Of a DNA stretch of 64,000 nucleotides, positions 47,429 to 57,748 are shown in pieces. The translations under genes were made by a program, and so were the position numbers. Within the stretch, counting starts at the first letter, position 1. Each line of letters starts with the position of its first letter. The notes under the pieces were generated by a model. It worked only from the letters and a program-made list of their open reading frames with translations, did no database searches and had not been told where the DNA came from. The stretch is from an uncultured Pseudomonadales bacterium (GTDB taxonomy: Bacteria; Patescibacteriota; Microgenomatia; UBA1400; PJMF01), in assembly GCA_964556485.1 (NCBI GenBank), contig CAZKVV010000002.1, forward strand, positions 10,291 through 74,290, written 5' to 3'.

Positions 47429-48627
47429 ATTTTCTTGTGACTTCCGATGGTTTGATAGATTGTATCAAGCTTTTCAGAAATTATTGCCCAATCATAATTT
47501 GTTTTTACAAACTTTTTACCATTATCAGCAAGTTTCTTTTGTAAGATTGGATCTTTTATTAAGGTGACAACGAGTTCAGCAATTCCTTCGGCGGTATCTG
47601 AGGTTAGCACATGAGTGCCATGGGCAACTTCCAAGCCTTCAACTGCCGTTGAAGTTGCCACAATTGGTGTTCCTGATGCCATGGCTTCCAGAATTTTATA
47701 TCTGGTGCCTTTGCCACTAAATACAGGAGCAACTAAAACGTGAGCTCCTTTAAATGCATCACGAATATCTGGAATGGTGCCAGAAACTGTAATGGTTTCA
47801 TCCTTTTTTTGGTAATTCATTACTGTGCGAGTTGGGGCGTTTCCAACGATCCAGAGCTTAATGTGCGGAAGTTGGTCTTTAATGAGTGGCCATACTTTTT
47901 GCACCAAAAAATCTACAGCTTCAACATTAGGTAACCATTTAAACGTGCCGACTGAAAGCAGGGTTGGTTGAGATGGGCGATTTTCACTTTTTTGTTCGAA
48001 CCAGTCTGTGTCAACTCCGTTTGCAACTACTTCAATCTTTGATGCATCGCCAATTTCTTTTCCAATAAATTTTTTATCATCATCACTCATAACTATGAGG
48101 GTTTTGCTTTCATTCCAGTAATGCTTTTCCCAATGCTTGATCTTTTTTACATCGATATTAAGTAGTGGCTGGACAAGTGCTGGCGCCTTCTTTGCATAAC
48201 TTTCATAGCCGAGGTACTCAATAGTTTGTTCGACAAGTAAAGTTGGGATGCTGGTCTTGGGAATATGTGGCATCATGTAGAACGTTTCGGCATGAATTAA
48301 ATCATAGTGTTCAGCTTCAAGCTCTTGTTCTACTGCTTGGATGACTTCGGGAACGTGATTGCGAATGACCAAAAAGGGATATGTTGAGAATGCTGTGCGA
48401 ATAATATTGCTGATGGTAAATGGTCGAGATGATCGTTTAAAAACTTTAACTTTTTTACAGTATTTTTCAAGTTCCGGTACATGCTTAGTTTCATCTGCAT
48501 CCTTAATGAGTGCAAACAAAGTGACCTCATGCTTATTCGCAAGTTTTTTGAGGAGGTTGTATGTCCTAATCTGTCCACCAGAGAGCAATGGGTACGGCAG
48601 ATATGGTGTCAACATGAGAATTTTCAT
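47425..48627 (-). CDS. Glycosyltransferase family 1 (GT4)
   Basis: GT-B fold; PVFSGKGTRYKILEAMASGTPIVAT. Confidence 0.7.
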   Translation of the reverse strand: MKILMLTPYLPYPLLSGGQIRTYNLLKKLANKHEVTLFALIKDADETKHVPELEKYCKKVKVFKRSSRPFTISNIIRTAFSTYPFLVIRNHVPEVIQAVEQELEAEHYDLIHAETFYMMPHIPKTSIPTLLVEQTIEYLGYESYAKKAPALVQPLLNIDVKKIKHWEKHYWNESKTLIVMSDDDKKFIGKEIGDASKIEVVANGVDTDWFEQKSENRPSQPTLLSVGTFKWLPNVEAVDFLVQKVWPLIKDQLPHIKLWIVGNAPTRTVMNYQKKDETITVSGTIPDIRDAFKGAHVLVAPVFSGKGTRYKILEAMASGTPIVATSTAVEGLEVAHGTHVLTSDTAEGIAELVVTLIKDPILQKKLADNGKKFVKTNYDWAIISEKLDTIYQTIGSHKKI

Positions 48628-48628
48628 A

Positions 48629-50086
48629 TCATTTCTCTAATTTTGGCCTAGTTAAATCGAGCAGTATGTACTGTTCTGTTTGGGAGAGAATGAAGTATTT
48701 TTTTGCAAGTTCTTTAGCCTCATCGTCATAGGCAGTAGTGACGTAATGAGTTGCACCCTTATCTATCTTGTCTTCTATTTCAAAACCAATTGGCCAACCC
48801 GTTCTATTGGTTTGAAACAAGAAGGAAGTATCGCCAAATGCAGGTGCGATCACTTTAGCATCACTTGGAACGAGTTCATCAACAATTTTTCCGGTTTTGG
48901 CATATTCCCAATGATTGACAGAAAAAAATCCACCAACATAGCGCCATGATCCTATGCAAGCTGTTAGAAGTATCACTAATGGTATGAGGTAGCTGACCGG
49001 CTGTGTTGTTTTTTTGGAAAGCCATAGTTGCATGTTGCGCAGTCCAAAACTGACGGTGATCGCAAATATAGGCATAACCATGATTTGATAGTAGTCATGT
49101 TGGACATTACCGGTAGCAATTACAGTAAAGTAGGCAACAACTCCGGTCCACCACGCTGCGGTAATGACAAACTGTTTTTTTGTTTGGCCAAAAACACCAG
49201 CAAAGAAAGGTATTACACCAACAAAACCAAGAAACATCTTTATCATTCTTTCATATCCCAACCAGCGAAACCAAGATGGTCTAAATCGAATGTGATTGCC
49301 ATTAAAGAGCCAATCGGATGCTGGAATACCATCTGGGTATTGCAGTATCCATTGTCGCCATAAAACAATTGGTGTAAGGGCAATAACTAGGTATGGTAGT
49401 AACACAACCCTTTTGTACCAGTTTTTTCCATCATTTTGTATCCAGATAGCTAGATATACTAGTCCTGTAAAAATCACAAATGGTTTTACTAAAAAAGCAC
49501 AGGCCAACAAGATTGCAGAAACTAACCAATGCCAAAGCGTACCTGTTTTTTGTAACCCTCGATAGAAAAAATACAGTGATGTAATTGAACAGAAGAGCAG
49601 TAACATTTCGGGAAGAACTGCTCTCGAGTAAAAAACCGTGTATGGATGAATTGCTAAAACCAAGACACTCAGATATGCCGTTTTTTTGTCGTAAATATCT
49701 TTCACCAGAAAAAACAAACTATACAGCATTGCTAAGGAAAAAAAGACCACCACTACTCTGCTGGTAAGCTCGAGTGGAAGTTTGTTTTGTGAAGCAACGA
49801 TTATTCCGGCTGTAATGGTATTTAATAGCGGAAATTCAACCATACGATACCCCATCGGATTATCTTCTCCAGATTGTATATTTGAATGGTCTTGGTATGT
49901 AGGAACAAGTGGAGTAATTCCTTTTTTAACAAACTCTCTTGTCACGCTCGCGGTGTCTGACTGTCTGAAACTATGCCAATCAAGAATTGGATTGTTGATT
50001 CGGTACATTCTTGCACAAAATGCAAGCAATAATAGCAGCCAAAGCAGTGGATACTGCAGCTTCCATTGTTGTTTTTTATGAGCCAT
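48629..50086 (-). CDS. GT-C family glycosyltransferase (PMT/ArnT-like, GT39/GT83)
   Basis: 485 aa polytopic; N-terminal RMYRINNPILDWHSFRQSDTAS matches the DxD-containing first loop of ArnT/PMT enzymes. Confidence 0.65.
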   Translation of the reverse strand: MAHKKQQWKLQYPLLWLLLLLAFCARMYRINNPILDWHSFRQSDTASVTREFVKKGITPLVPTYQDHSNIQSGEDNPMGYRMVEFPLLNTITAGIIVASQNKLPLELTSRVVVVFFSLAMLYSLFFLVKDIYDKKTAYLSVLVLAIHPYTVFYSRAVLPEMLLLFCSITSLYFFYRGLQKTGTLWHWLVSAILLACAFLVKPFVIFTGLVYLAIWIQNDGKNWYKRVVLLPYLVIALTPIVLWRQWILQYPDGIPASDWLFNGNHIRFRPSWFRWLGYERMIKMFLGFVGVIPFFAGVFGQTKKQFVITAAWWTGVVAYFTVIATGNVQHDYYQIMVMPIFAITVSFGLRNMQLWLSKKTTQPVSYLIPLVILLTACIGSWRYVGGFFSVNHWEYAKTGKIVDELVPSDAKVIAPAFGDTSFLFQTNRTGWPIGFEIEDKIDKGATHYVTTAYDDEAKELAKKYFILSQTEQYILLDLTRPKLEK

Positions 50087-51674
50087 TTTTATTTCTATGT
50101 ACTGTTTCTATAGCGACAATCATTCCAGCTAACAGCCAAAAAGTCAGTGCTACTTTAGAAGCAACAAATACGTCAATATATATAGCATTAAAGAGTAATC
50201 CTATCGTACCTGCAATAAATGCAATTGAAACAGCTTTTAAGACAGTTGGAGTTTTATGTTTTGTTTGAGTATAGGCAATTTTCACTATCAGTAGTATTGA
50301 ACCGTAAAAAGTAATAAACCCTGCTAAACCGGTTTCACCAAGAGTTCTCAGGAAGTTATTGTCTGTGCTATCAGCTTCTGTGAATTCAGTTATCTCAGAT
50401 TTTGTAAGTGTGGCATAGCCACTACCAAATAAAGGGTTTCTGTAAAACCCGCTTATTGCCTGAGGCCACAGGGTATCAAGTCTGATCGCCATTGATAAGC
50501 CATACTTTAGTGCGTTATCAGAATAGACTCTTGGAGCTTCAACAATAATGATTTTTTTAGTACCATCTGCTGAGATTGTTGCAACTTTTACTAAATCTGG
50601 AACGTCAACATAGATATCATTTGGTTTTTTGGGAACTGGTTGAGAGTCAGAACTGACCATTACATTATCAATCTCATCTGTTTTTGAACGAGGAAACAGA
50701 TTGACGGTTTGCCTATATACTCCATAGATTTGTGGATAGCCTTGCAAAGCATGGAGCATCCTTTCCCGAATGTCTCCACCAAATTGAAAGAAGATGAATC
50801 CGAAAATACTACTGACAATCAGCATGTTTTTGCAAAAAAACAAACTTTTTTGCTTGAGTGTATCTTGAAAAGATGCATAAATAAGGATGACTAGACTCAC
50901 CCCTATCGTTGCAGCAATAAATGAGGTGCGAGCAGCGGTGACAGTAATGAGCCAGGTGCTCAAAATAAACAGTCCCCACATTGCGCTCTTGAGGTATTTC
51001 TTTTTAATACTTAAGGCCTGACTGAGCACCAAAGGCAGCATAATAACGAGATATGCTGCTAAGTCATAGTGTCCGCCAAAGGTTGATTGCACCCGGGCAT
51101 GTTCGGTGAGTACGAGTTGAATTCCTGCGGAAAATTCTCTATTCATTGTGGAGTATACAGGAAATTGAAGGTATTTTTGCCCTACTCCGTATAATCCAAC
51201 AATGCCAAGTGTAAAAAGCGTTACTGAAATGAAAATGGAGATGTCTTTTTGAGATTTAATTGCTGTGAATCCAAGAAAAAACATAAAAATATACTGAATA
51301 TTTCGCAGATAGTGCAGCACAGTTTTTAACACATGTGATGCTTCAAAAGGAACGGTGTGAAGAACAAAAAGAGCCAATAGCACCGATATGCCACCAGTAA
51401 TAATATGCGCTATCAACGGTTTGGTCAGTTTCGATTCAACACTAATTTTTTTGCGTAGGAGCTGTATCAACCAAAAGATTGCAACGCTCAGTATCACTAT
51501 GTCTTCAAATCTCACACGGACTATGTACCCCGGAATAACTTCAAAGAGCGGAATTTTGGGAGTGAGCGGTATGACCACACTTAGTAGTAGAGCGCACAGC
51601 AACAAATAGTTCTTTTTTGAGAAGACTGTTGAAAGCTGTTTTGTATGGTTCTTAAACATGCTGTTATTGTGCAA
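50076..51674 (-). CDS. O-antigen ligase/polymerase-like (Wzy_C) membrane protein
   Basis: 532 aa; about 10 TM helices, then periplasmic segment and GSGYATLTK...TEADSTDNNFLRTLGETGLAGF (Wzy_C-like H/D-N-x-F/Y-L motif). Paralog of 61422..64000. Confidence 0.6.
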   Translation of the reverse strand: MHNNSMFKNHTKQLSTVFSKKNYLLLCALLLSVVIPLTPKIPLFEVIPGYIVRVRFEDIVILSVAIFWLIQLLRKKISVESKLTKPLIAHIITGGISVLLALFVLHTVPFEASHVLKTVLHYLRNIQYIFMFFLGFTAIKSQKDISIFISVTLFTLGIVGLYGVGQKYLQFPVYSTMNREFSAGIQLVLTEHARVQSTFGGHYDLAAYLVIMLPLVLSQALSIKKKYLKSAMWGLFILSTWLITVTAARTSFIAATIGVSLVILIYASFQDTLKQKSLFFCKNMLIVSSIFGFIFFQFGGDIRERMLHALQGYPQIYGVYRQTVNLFPRSKTDEIDNVMVSSDSQPVPKKPNDIYVDVPDLVKVATISADGTKKIIIVEAPRVYSDNALKYGLSMAIRLDTLWPQAISGFYRNPLFGSGYATLTKSEITEFTEADSTDNNFLRTLGETGLAGFITFYGSILLIVKIAYTQTKHKTPTVLKAVSIAFIAGTIGLLFNAIYIDVFVASKVALTFWLLAGMIVAIETVHRNKNGS

Positions 51675-52617
51675 TCAATTTTTTAATTCCGGAAAAATAA
51701 GTTTGAGCTTTAGCCTTATTTGGTTTGAGTGTGCTATATAGAATGACTCGAGCTAGGCAGCCAAGTTCAAGAATGAGTGTTGCGAAGGGCAATTGCCAGA
51801 GTGGCATATGTTTGGCCCAAATGTAGTGATATCCAAGTAGTTCGCCAATAATTGCTGACTCAGAACTGCTACTCATGCTTTGAAAATGCATTACTCTTGC
51901 TCGAGGATCGATTGCAATCTGCCACAAATGTTTTTTAGCTCGAAGGCAAAACTCAATATCTTCACCGTACATAAAAATGGCATCATCCAGCAGGTCCACT
52001 TCATCAAAAACTTGACGTTTAACACACAGTGCCGTTCCGCCAACCCAATCTTGATAAATCAATTCACTGTTTTTGGTATTGAGTCGTTGAGTTGTTCTGA
52101 GTCCAGTATGTTGCGTGGATGGCAGAAATGAACCTAGAAATGGGATATCGTCGAGGAAAAACTGCTGAATTGTCAACGTCAGCAGACTTGGTGCATGTCC
52201 ACCTTGGGCTTGAAGTGTTCCATCCTTATTAAGGAGTGTTGCGGCTACTATACCGAGAGACTTATTTTGCTGTAAGGTCGAAACTAACTGTTCTAATGCG
52301 CCTTTTTGTATGATGGTGTCTGAGTTAAGCAATAGGATGAATGGCGCAGAGCTTGCTGCTATTCCCTGATTATTAGCTGAACTGTAACCAGAATTTTTTT
52401 TGTTTACTAGGACCTGAGTAGAAAGTTTGCTGCTACTAGCAAACCTGTGTAATTCTGAAACAGATTTATCCTTGGAATTATTGTCGACTACGATAAGTTC
52501 ACAACGACCTTTAAGAAGTTCTGAGTTTGCAATATCTCTTTCAACAGATTGGAGAGTCTCAAGTGTGAGATCCAATGTGTTGTATGAGACAACAATGACA
52601 CTTAGTAGTGGTTTCAT
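51664..52617 (-). CDS. Glycosyltransferase family 2
   Basis: LLSVIVVSYNTLDLTLETLQSV...VVDNNSKDKS...LLNSDTII. Confidence 0.75.
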   Translation of the reverse strand: MKPLLSVIVVSYNTLDLTLETLQSVERDIANSELLKGRCELIVVDNNSKDKSVSELHRFASSSKLSTQVLVNKKNSGYSSANNQGIAASSAPFILLLNSDTIIQKGALEQLVSTLQQNKSLGIVAATLLNKDGTLQAQGGHAPSLLTLTIQQFFLDDIPFLGSFLPSTQHTGLRTTQRLNTKNSELIYQDWVGGTALCVKRQVFDEVDLLDDAIFMYGEDIEFCLRAKKHLWQIAIDPRARVMHFQSMSSSSESAIIGELLGYHYIWAKHMPLWQLPFATLILELGCLARVILYSTLKPNKAKAQTYFSGIKKLIAQ

Positions 52618-52619
52618 AG

Positions 52620-53237
52620 TTACTGGAATAACCTAGATCTACCCAATGTATAGTTGAGATCAGTTACTTTTCTGTCCCCTATTTTTTGTGCTGGTACACC
52701 TGCAGCAATGGTAAAAGGTGGAACTGATTTGGTGACAACAGCTCCTGCAGCAACGATTGATCCTTTGCCAAGTGTAACACCAGGTAAAATAATTGCTCTA
52801 GGGCCAATAAAGACGTAGTCTTCTATGGTTACTTGTTTTTCAATCGCACCAAAATGTTCATCAACAATGTCATGTTGGCTCGTCCAGATCATCACCTCAG
52901 ACGCCATATCAACATGATTGCCAATCACGAGTCCACCTTGAGAGTTTTTTAATTGTTTTCTACCATCGAGAGTGGCTTTTTCACCGATGATTGTGTCTTC
53001 TCCAATGCTGATATGTTTAGGATCATAGATTCTAGCGCCCATATGAATGGTACTTCCAGATCCGATGTGCATTCCAGCGAGTCGGTACCAAAATCGTCTA
53101 AAATGATGGCAAGGCACTGAGCCAACACCCCACCACAACACTCCAGTGACTAACTCGAGCCATACAGTCTGAATTCTGTTGGATATTTTTTCAGTGAGGG
53201 ATCTTCTACCAGTATTTGATGGTGTTTGTTCTTGCAT
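52620..53237 (-). CDS. Hexapeptide-repeat (LbH) acetyltransferase
   Basis: Repeated [LIV]-G-x4 hexapeptides (GPRAIILPGVTLGKGSIVAAGAVVTKSV); N-terminal hydrophobic segment. Confidence 0.7.
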   Translation of the reverse strand: MQEQTPSNTGRRSLTEKISNRIQTVWLELVTGVLWWGVGSVPCHHFRRFWYRLAGMHIGSGSTIHMGARIYDPKHISIGEDTIIGEKATLDGRKQLKNSQGGLVIGNHVDMASEVMIWTSQHDIVDEHFGAIEKQVTIEDYVFIGPRAIILPGVTLGKGSIVAAGAVVTKSVPPFTIAAGVPAQKIGDRKVTDLNYTLGRSRLFQ

Positions 53238-53279
53238 CTTGAGATAAGTATACTCGAAATCAGGTAAAAACGCACATGT

Positions 53280-54299
53280 TTAGTCGCTCCTTTTTTCTTC
53301 AGGGTAGGCATACCCAAGGTGGGTGTAGGCTTTTTCGGTGATTACCCTGCCTTTAGGTGTTCGTTTCATAAAGCCAATTTGAAGTAAATAGGGTTCAAAA
53401 ACTTCTTCGATTGTAAGAGCGTCTTCGTTAAGGGTTGCAGCAATGGTTGAAATACCAACAGGTCCCCCGCTATGTTTGGTAATAAGTTGCTCTAAAAAGG
53501 CGCGATCAGATTCACCTAGTCCAGCAGTATCAACATTAAACAGGGCTAATGAACTAGTAACGTCTTCTGGTACTATTGCATTTCTATCTTGTACCTGTAC
53601 AAAGTCTCTGACTCTTTTAAGTAATTTAAGCGCAATCCTGGGTGTGCCTCTCGATCTTCGAGATATCTCTAGAGCTGCTTCTTCATCCAACAAAATGTCC
53701 AGCTTTTTTGCCGCCGCTCTGAGTACTGTTTGCAAATCAGGTGGTTCATAAAAAGGAATGCGGTGAATAATGCCAAAGCGGTCTCTAAATGGACCCGCTA
53801 GAAGTCCAAATCGCGTTGTAGCACCAACAATCGTAAACTTTGGTAGATCAATTCTAATAGTACGTGCAGAAGGTCCTTTGCCAATAACGATGTCGAGTGC
53901 GTAATCTTCCATAGCTGGATAGAGTGTTTCTTCTACAATTTTTGGTAAACGATGGATTTCATCAATAAACAGCACGTCTCCATCGTTTAAATTGGTAAGA
54001 ATTGCTGCTAAGTCACCCGTTTTTGTGAGTGCGGTACCAGAGGTTATTTTGATGTTTACACCCATCTCTTTGGCAATCAAATGTGAAAGTGTTGTTTTTC
54101 CGAGTCCCGGTGGTCCATACAGCAGAGTGTGATCTAAGCTTTCATTTCTATTTTTTGCAGCTTTGATAGAAACCATTAATGCTTGTTTGAGATGTAACTG
54201 ACCGTGAAACTCAGTCCAGTCCTGTGCTCGCAAAGAAGTAAAGAGTAGTTCTTCTTCTGGCAATTTTGGTAATGTTGGAATGAGGAGCGGGTCAATCAT
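53280..54299 (-). CDS. ruvB: Holliday junction ATP-dependent DNA helicase RuvB
   Basis: LLYGPPGLGKTTLSHLIAKEMG Walker A and RuvB C-terminal winged helix. Confidence 0.95.
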   Translation of the reverse strand: MIDPLLIPTLPKLPEEELLFTSLRAQDWTEFHGQLHLKQALMVSIKAAKNRNESLDHTLLYGPPGLGKTTLSHLIAKEMGVNIKITSGTALTKTGDLAAILTNLNDGDVLFIDEIHRLPKIVEETLYPAMEDYALDIVIGKGPSARTIRIDLPKFTIVGATTRFGLLAGPFRDRFGIIHRIPFYEPPDLQTVLRAAAKKLDILLDEEAALEISRRSRGTPRIALKLLKRVRDFVQVQDRNAIVPEDVTSSLALFNVDTAGLGESDRAFLEQLITKHSGGPVGISTIAATLNEDALTIEEVFEPYLLQIGFMKRTPKGRVITEKAYTHLGYAYPEEKRSD

Positions 54300-54312
54300 A
54301 GAACGATGTTAG

Positions 54313-54879
54313 TTAGTTACTTAATTTTTTTAGACAGAGTTGCAGTGCTTGAGACAAACCAACCTGTTCTAATGCTTCATCTCTCACAATTTCATCAATG
54401 GCTGCATCCGAAAATCCCAAGCTAAGCAATGCTTCAGAAAGCTCAGACTGAAATGTAGTAAGCGGAGTAAGTTGTAGCTGTTTAAGGCTTCCAAGTTTTG
54501 GTGTGAGTTCAATAATAATTTTTTGGGCTACTTTTTTTCCAACTCTTGGAACACTACTAAAAACAGCGACTTGAGCTTGTTGAACTGCAGTGACAATAGT
54601 GCTTGCGCCCTTTTCTAGTATGGATAATGCAGTTCTGGGACCCACACCGTTTACTGACAATAGAATAGTAAAAAGTTTTTTTTCTTCAGAAGTTTCGAAT
54701 CCAAACAATTCGAGGGATTCTTCTTTAACATGAGTATAAATATGCAGCGATGCTTGAGACAGAGTGCTTACATTTGAAAGTGTTGCATTGGTCACGTGAA
54801 CACCATAACCAACCCCATTGCAAATGAGTACCAGTTGATTATCAATAATTGCGGGTAGGCCTTGTAGATAGGCAATCAT
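54313..54879 (-). CDS. ruvA: Holliday junction branch migration protein RuvA
   Basis: MIAYLQG...VGYGVHV OB domain plus HhH motifs. Confidence 0.85.
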   Translation of the reverse strand: MIAYLQGLPAIIDNQLVLICNGVGYGVHVTNATLSNVSTLSQASLHIYTHVKEESLELFGFETSEEKKLFTILLSVNGVGPRTALSILEKGASTIVTAVQQAQVAVFSSVPRVGKKVAQKIIIELTPKLGSLKQLQLTPLTTFQSELSEALLSLGFSDAAIDEIVRDEALEQVGLSQALQLCLKKLSN

Positions 54880-54905
54880 AAAATCAGTATAGCAAGGAGT
54901 TTGGG

Positions 54906-55418
54906 TTATGATAGGGGAAAATTTGCAGATGTATGTAGAGCATGGGTGATACCAATGGCGATAGCATCTATGGCATCGTCTAACAGTTTTGGCGGAAGTT
55001 TTTCATTAATTTGATGGATTACCATTTTCGCTACAGCTTGTTTATCGGCTCTAGCAGTACCGGTTACACTCAACTTAACTTGATTTGGTGCATATTCGTA
55101 TACTTGGCATCCTGCAGCCAACGCAGTTGCAATTATGATTCCACGTGCTTCACTCACATGCAGCGCTGTTGAAGTATTTTTTGCAAAAAAAAGTGTTTCA
55201 ATTGCTAGATCTTCTGGTTGGTGTGTTGAAAGTATTGGGGCGAGTTCTGCCACAATTTGTTGATATCTCTGAAACAGTGTTTGTTTTTTGTCAGTTTGAA
55301 TACAGCCAGCAGATATGTAGGTTATAGCCCGCTTTTTGACCGATAAGATTGCCCAGCCGACACGATCATATCCTGGATCTATGCCAAGAATGTATTTTTC
55401 TGCAGTACTATTTTCCAT
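54906..55418 (-). CDS. ruvC: Crossover junction endodeoxyribonuclease RuvC
   Basis: ILGIDPGYDRVGWAIL RNase H-like start; 170 aa. Confidence 0.85.
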   Translation of the reverse strand: MENSTAEKYILGIDPGYDRVGWAILSVKKRAITYISAGCIQTDKKQTLFQRYQQIVAELAPILSTHQPEDLAIETLFFAKNTSTALHVSEARGIIIATALAAGCQVYEYAPNQVKLSVTGTARADKQAVAKMVIHQINEKLPPKLLDDAIDAIAIGITHALHTSANFPLS

Positions 55419-56625
55419 GCACCTTTTCGTTTGTGGTTACATCTGCCAATTGTTGTAATTCAGATAAAATTGTTTGAGCTGTACTATCCCAAGAAAATTG
55501 CTTTGTTTGCTTAATGCCTCTTCGTTTCCAGATGAGTTTTTGTTGTGCAGATGCTGTGAAGACAGTATAAAAGGCTTCAGCAATTGCAGAAGCATTGGTG
55601 GCAGGTACGAGCAAACCTGCGTCTCCTATGACCTCAGGTAGGCTTGAAGTGTTTGCAGCAACTACTGGTGTGCCGTAATAAAAGGACTCCAATGGTGGAA
55701 TGCCAAATCCTTCATACAAACCTAGCAGTGTACTGACAAATGCTTCTTCATACAGGACTTGTTTTTCAGTGTCAGACACAAAACCTGTTGTGATGATTCT
55801 TTCCGACAATGGTGATTTTTTGATACTTTCCAAGAGTGATTGAGCTAACCAGCCCACTCTTCCTGCAATGACTAGTTGTGGTGAAACTGCAGCTGAGTGT
55901 GATTTTTTGCTGGTCTTTTTAGTCAATGATCTGCTTGCAAGCATTCTACTAAAAAGACCAAATGCTTTGACGAGAGTTGCAAGATTTTTTCTTGGCTGAA
56001 GTGTGCCCACGTAGAGAATAAAAGGTTGTTTAATTTTAAATTTTCGCAGTGTTTTTTTTCTGAAAGTATCTGAAATAGTATGATTGGTCGGTGTAGTTCC
56101 AGGGTAGCCTACGAAAACGTCACTCTCTGACTTCTGATAGTATTTGAGAACTTCCGATTTTGTAAATTCACTTATGGTTAGAACCTTATGTGCATGTTTA
56201 ACGCTATATTTTGTCCACGATGTGAGTTTGTGTGTGTCAGATTTTTTAAATTGTTCTGGGTATGGAAGGTATGCTGTGTCCATCACAGTTGAGATATATG
56301 GAATTGGGCACAATCTGGGGGCATAGTGGCCTGGCGTGAAGAAAGCTGAATACGAATTTTTATGTGTTTGCAAATGAATTGGTAAAGCCCATTGAGTCCA
56401 AAATTGCTTGGGATTTATTACCAAGTAGTTCCATCCAGCTCTTTTTTTTGGCAAATCTTGCACCGGAGGTTGTGCGAGCAATACGGTCACAATGGTATTT
56501 GTATGAGCTGTTTCACTTTCAATTGCTTTCAATACTTGATAGGCATACACATTGCTGCCCACTCTACTCAGAGTGTTTGCCTCATTTCCATCGATGGCTA
56601 TATGTAGTGGTTTATCTTTGAGCAT
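55408..56625 (-). CDS. Glycosyltransferase family 1 (GT4)
   Basis: EGFGIPPLESFYYGTPVVAANTSSLPEVIGDAG. Confidence 0.7.
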   Translation of the reverse strand: MLKDKPLHIAIDGNEANTLSRVGSNVYAYQVLKAIESETAHTNTIVTVLLAQPPVQDLPKKRAGWNYLVINPKQFWTQWALPIHLQTHKNSYSAFFTPGHYAPRLCPIPYISTVMDTAYLPYPEQFKKSDTHKLTSWTKYSVKHAHKVLTISEFTKSEVLKYYQKSESDVFVGYPGTTPTNHTISDTFRKKTLRKFKIKQPFILYVGTLQPRKNLATLVKAFGLFSRMLASRSLTKKTSKKSHSAAVSPQLVIAGRVGWLAQSLLESIKKSPLSERIITTGFVSDTEKQVLYEEAFVSTLLGLYEGFGIPPLESFYYGTPVVAANTSSLPEVIGDAGLLVPATNASAIAEAFYTVFTASAQQKLIWKRRGIKQTKQFSWDSTAQTILSELQQLADVTTNEKVHGK

Positions 56626-57748
56626 AGTCTCGTATTGCTTTTTGATATACGGTAATTGTTTCTTTTGCCACTCTCTTCCAACTAAACATTTGTAATCTAA
56701 TAATCATTCGTTGGAGTCTTTTTTGTTGTTGTTCTTTGGTTTCTGAAAGTACTTTTGAAATTGCCACTGTGAGCGCTTGTGTGTCGGTAGGTTCTACGAA
56801 CTCTGCGGCATTGCCAGCAACTTCAATCATGGACGAGTTGTTAGAAGTTATAACCGGTGTTCCGTGGTGAAATGCCTCAAGTATTGGTAGGCCGAATCCC
56901 TCATAGAGTGAAGGATACACAAATGCTTCAGCCTCTGCATACAGCACCGATAATTCTTGATCACTAACTTTACCTAAAAATCGTAATCCTGGTGCTGTAA
57001 TGGTTTCGCTCGCATCCCAGCCTTTTTCACCTGCAATCAACAGGTCAACATCAGCTTGTAATGGTTTCCATGCCTGAATCAGTGTTGCCAGATTTTTACG
57101 TGGTTCTCTTGTTCCAACAAAAAAGATATATGGTTTTGTGAGTCCTAATGATGATTTTAGTGCATCAAATTTTTCTTCAGTAAGTGACATGTTTATGTCT
57201 CTGACTTCCCTAGGTAATGCTTCGTGAACCACATCCACTAAGTAGCTGGGATACCCTAAAAGTTGGACAATATCTTTTTTTGTAGCCGCACTAACTGCAA
57301 TTATTCGAGCTTGTTTCTTTTTAAGAATTTCCCAAGATTTTTGATGTTGCGCGGCTATTCCAGGGTGTGCACTTTCAGGAAATTTCAGTATTGCTAAATC
57401 ATGAATGGTAGAAACTAGTGGTAGGTTTGCATCAGGTGGTTGCAACCAATCCCAGGAGTGAAAAACATCTATCTTTGGTAGGACTTTTTTCACTGGATGT
57501 AACTCGAGTGTGTGCCACAGAAATGACAATATTTTAGGTGGTATGAATTCAAAAACATGATCGATAGGTGTGGAGTATTTCTTTTCAATGTGTCGAAGAA
57601 AGTATTGAAGTTGTGGATGTTGTCGCAAGTTTGAGCCATACATGCTGACTTGCATTTTTTCTTCCATCAGAGCGGCAACAAGATTAGAAGTATAGCGAGA
57701 AACTCCCCTACCGTAGACTACTGAAGAGATATCAATTCCAACATTCAT
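56612..57748 (-). CDS. Glycosyltransferase family 1 (GT4)
   Basis: EGFGLPILEAFHHGTPVITSNNSSMIEVAGNAA. Confidence 0.7.
   Translation of the reverse strand: MNVGIDISSVVYGRGVSRYTSNLVAALMEEKMQVSMYGSNLRQHPQLQYFLRHIEKKYSTPIDHVFEFIPPKILSFLWHTLELHPVKKVLPKIDVFHSWDWLQPPDANLPLVSTIHDLAILKFPESAHPGIAAQHQKSWEILKKKQARIIAVSAATKKDIVQLLGYPSYLVDVVHEALPREVRDINMSLTEEKFDALKSSLGLTKPYIFFVGTREPRKNLATLIQAWKPLQADVDLLIAGEKGWDASETITAPGLRFLGKVSDQELSVLYAEAEAFVYPSLYEGFGLPILEAFHHGTPVITSNNSSMIEVAGNAAEFVEPTDTQALTVAISKVLSETKEQQQKRLQRMIIRLQMFSWKRVAKETITVYQKAIRDYAQR

Noticed and set aside
48680-50081. Several 60-111-aa plus-strand ORFs
   Set aside because: All are antisense to the GT-C and ligase-like genes on the minus strand, which have strong family signatures.
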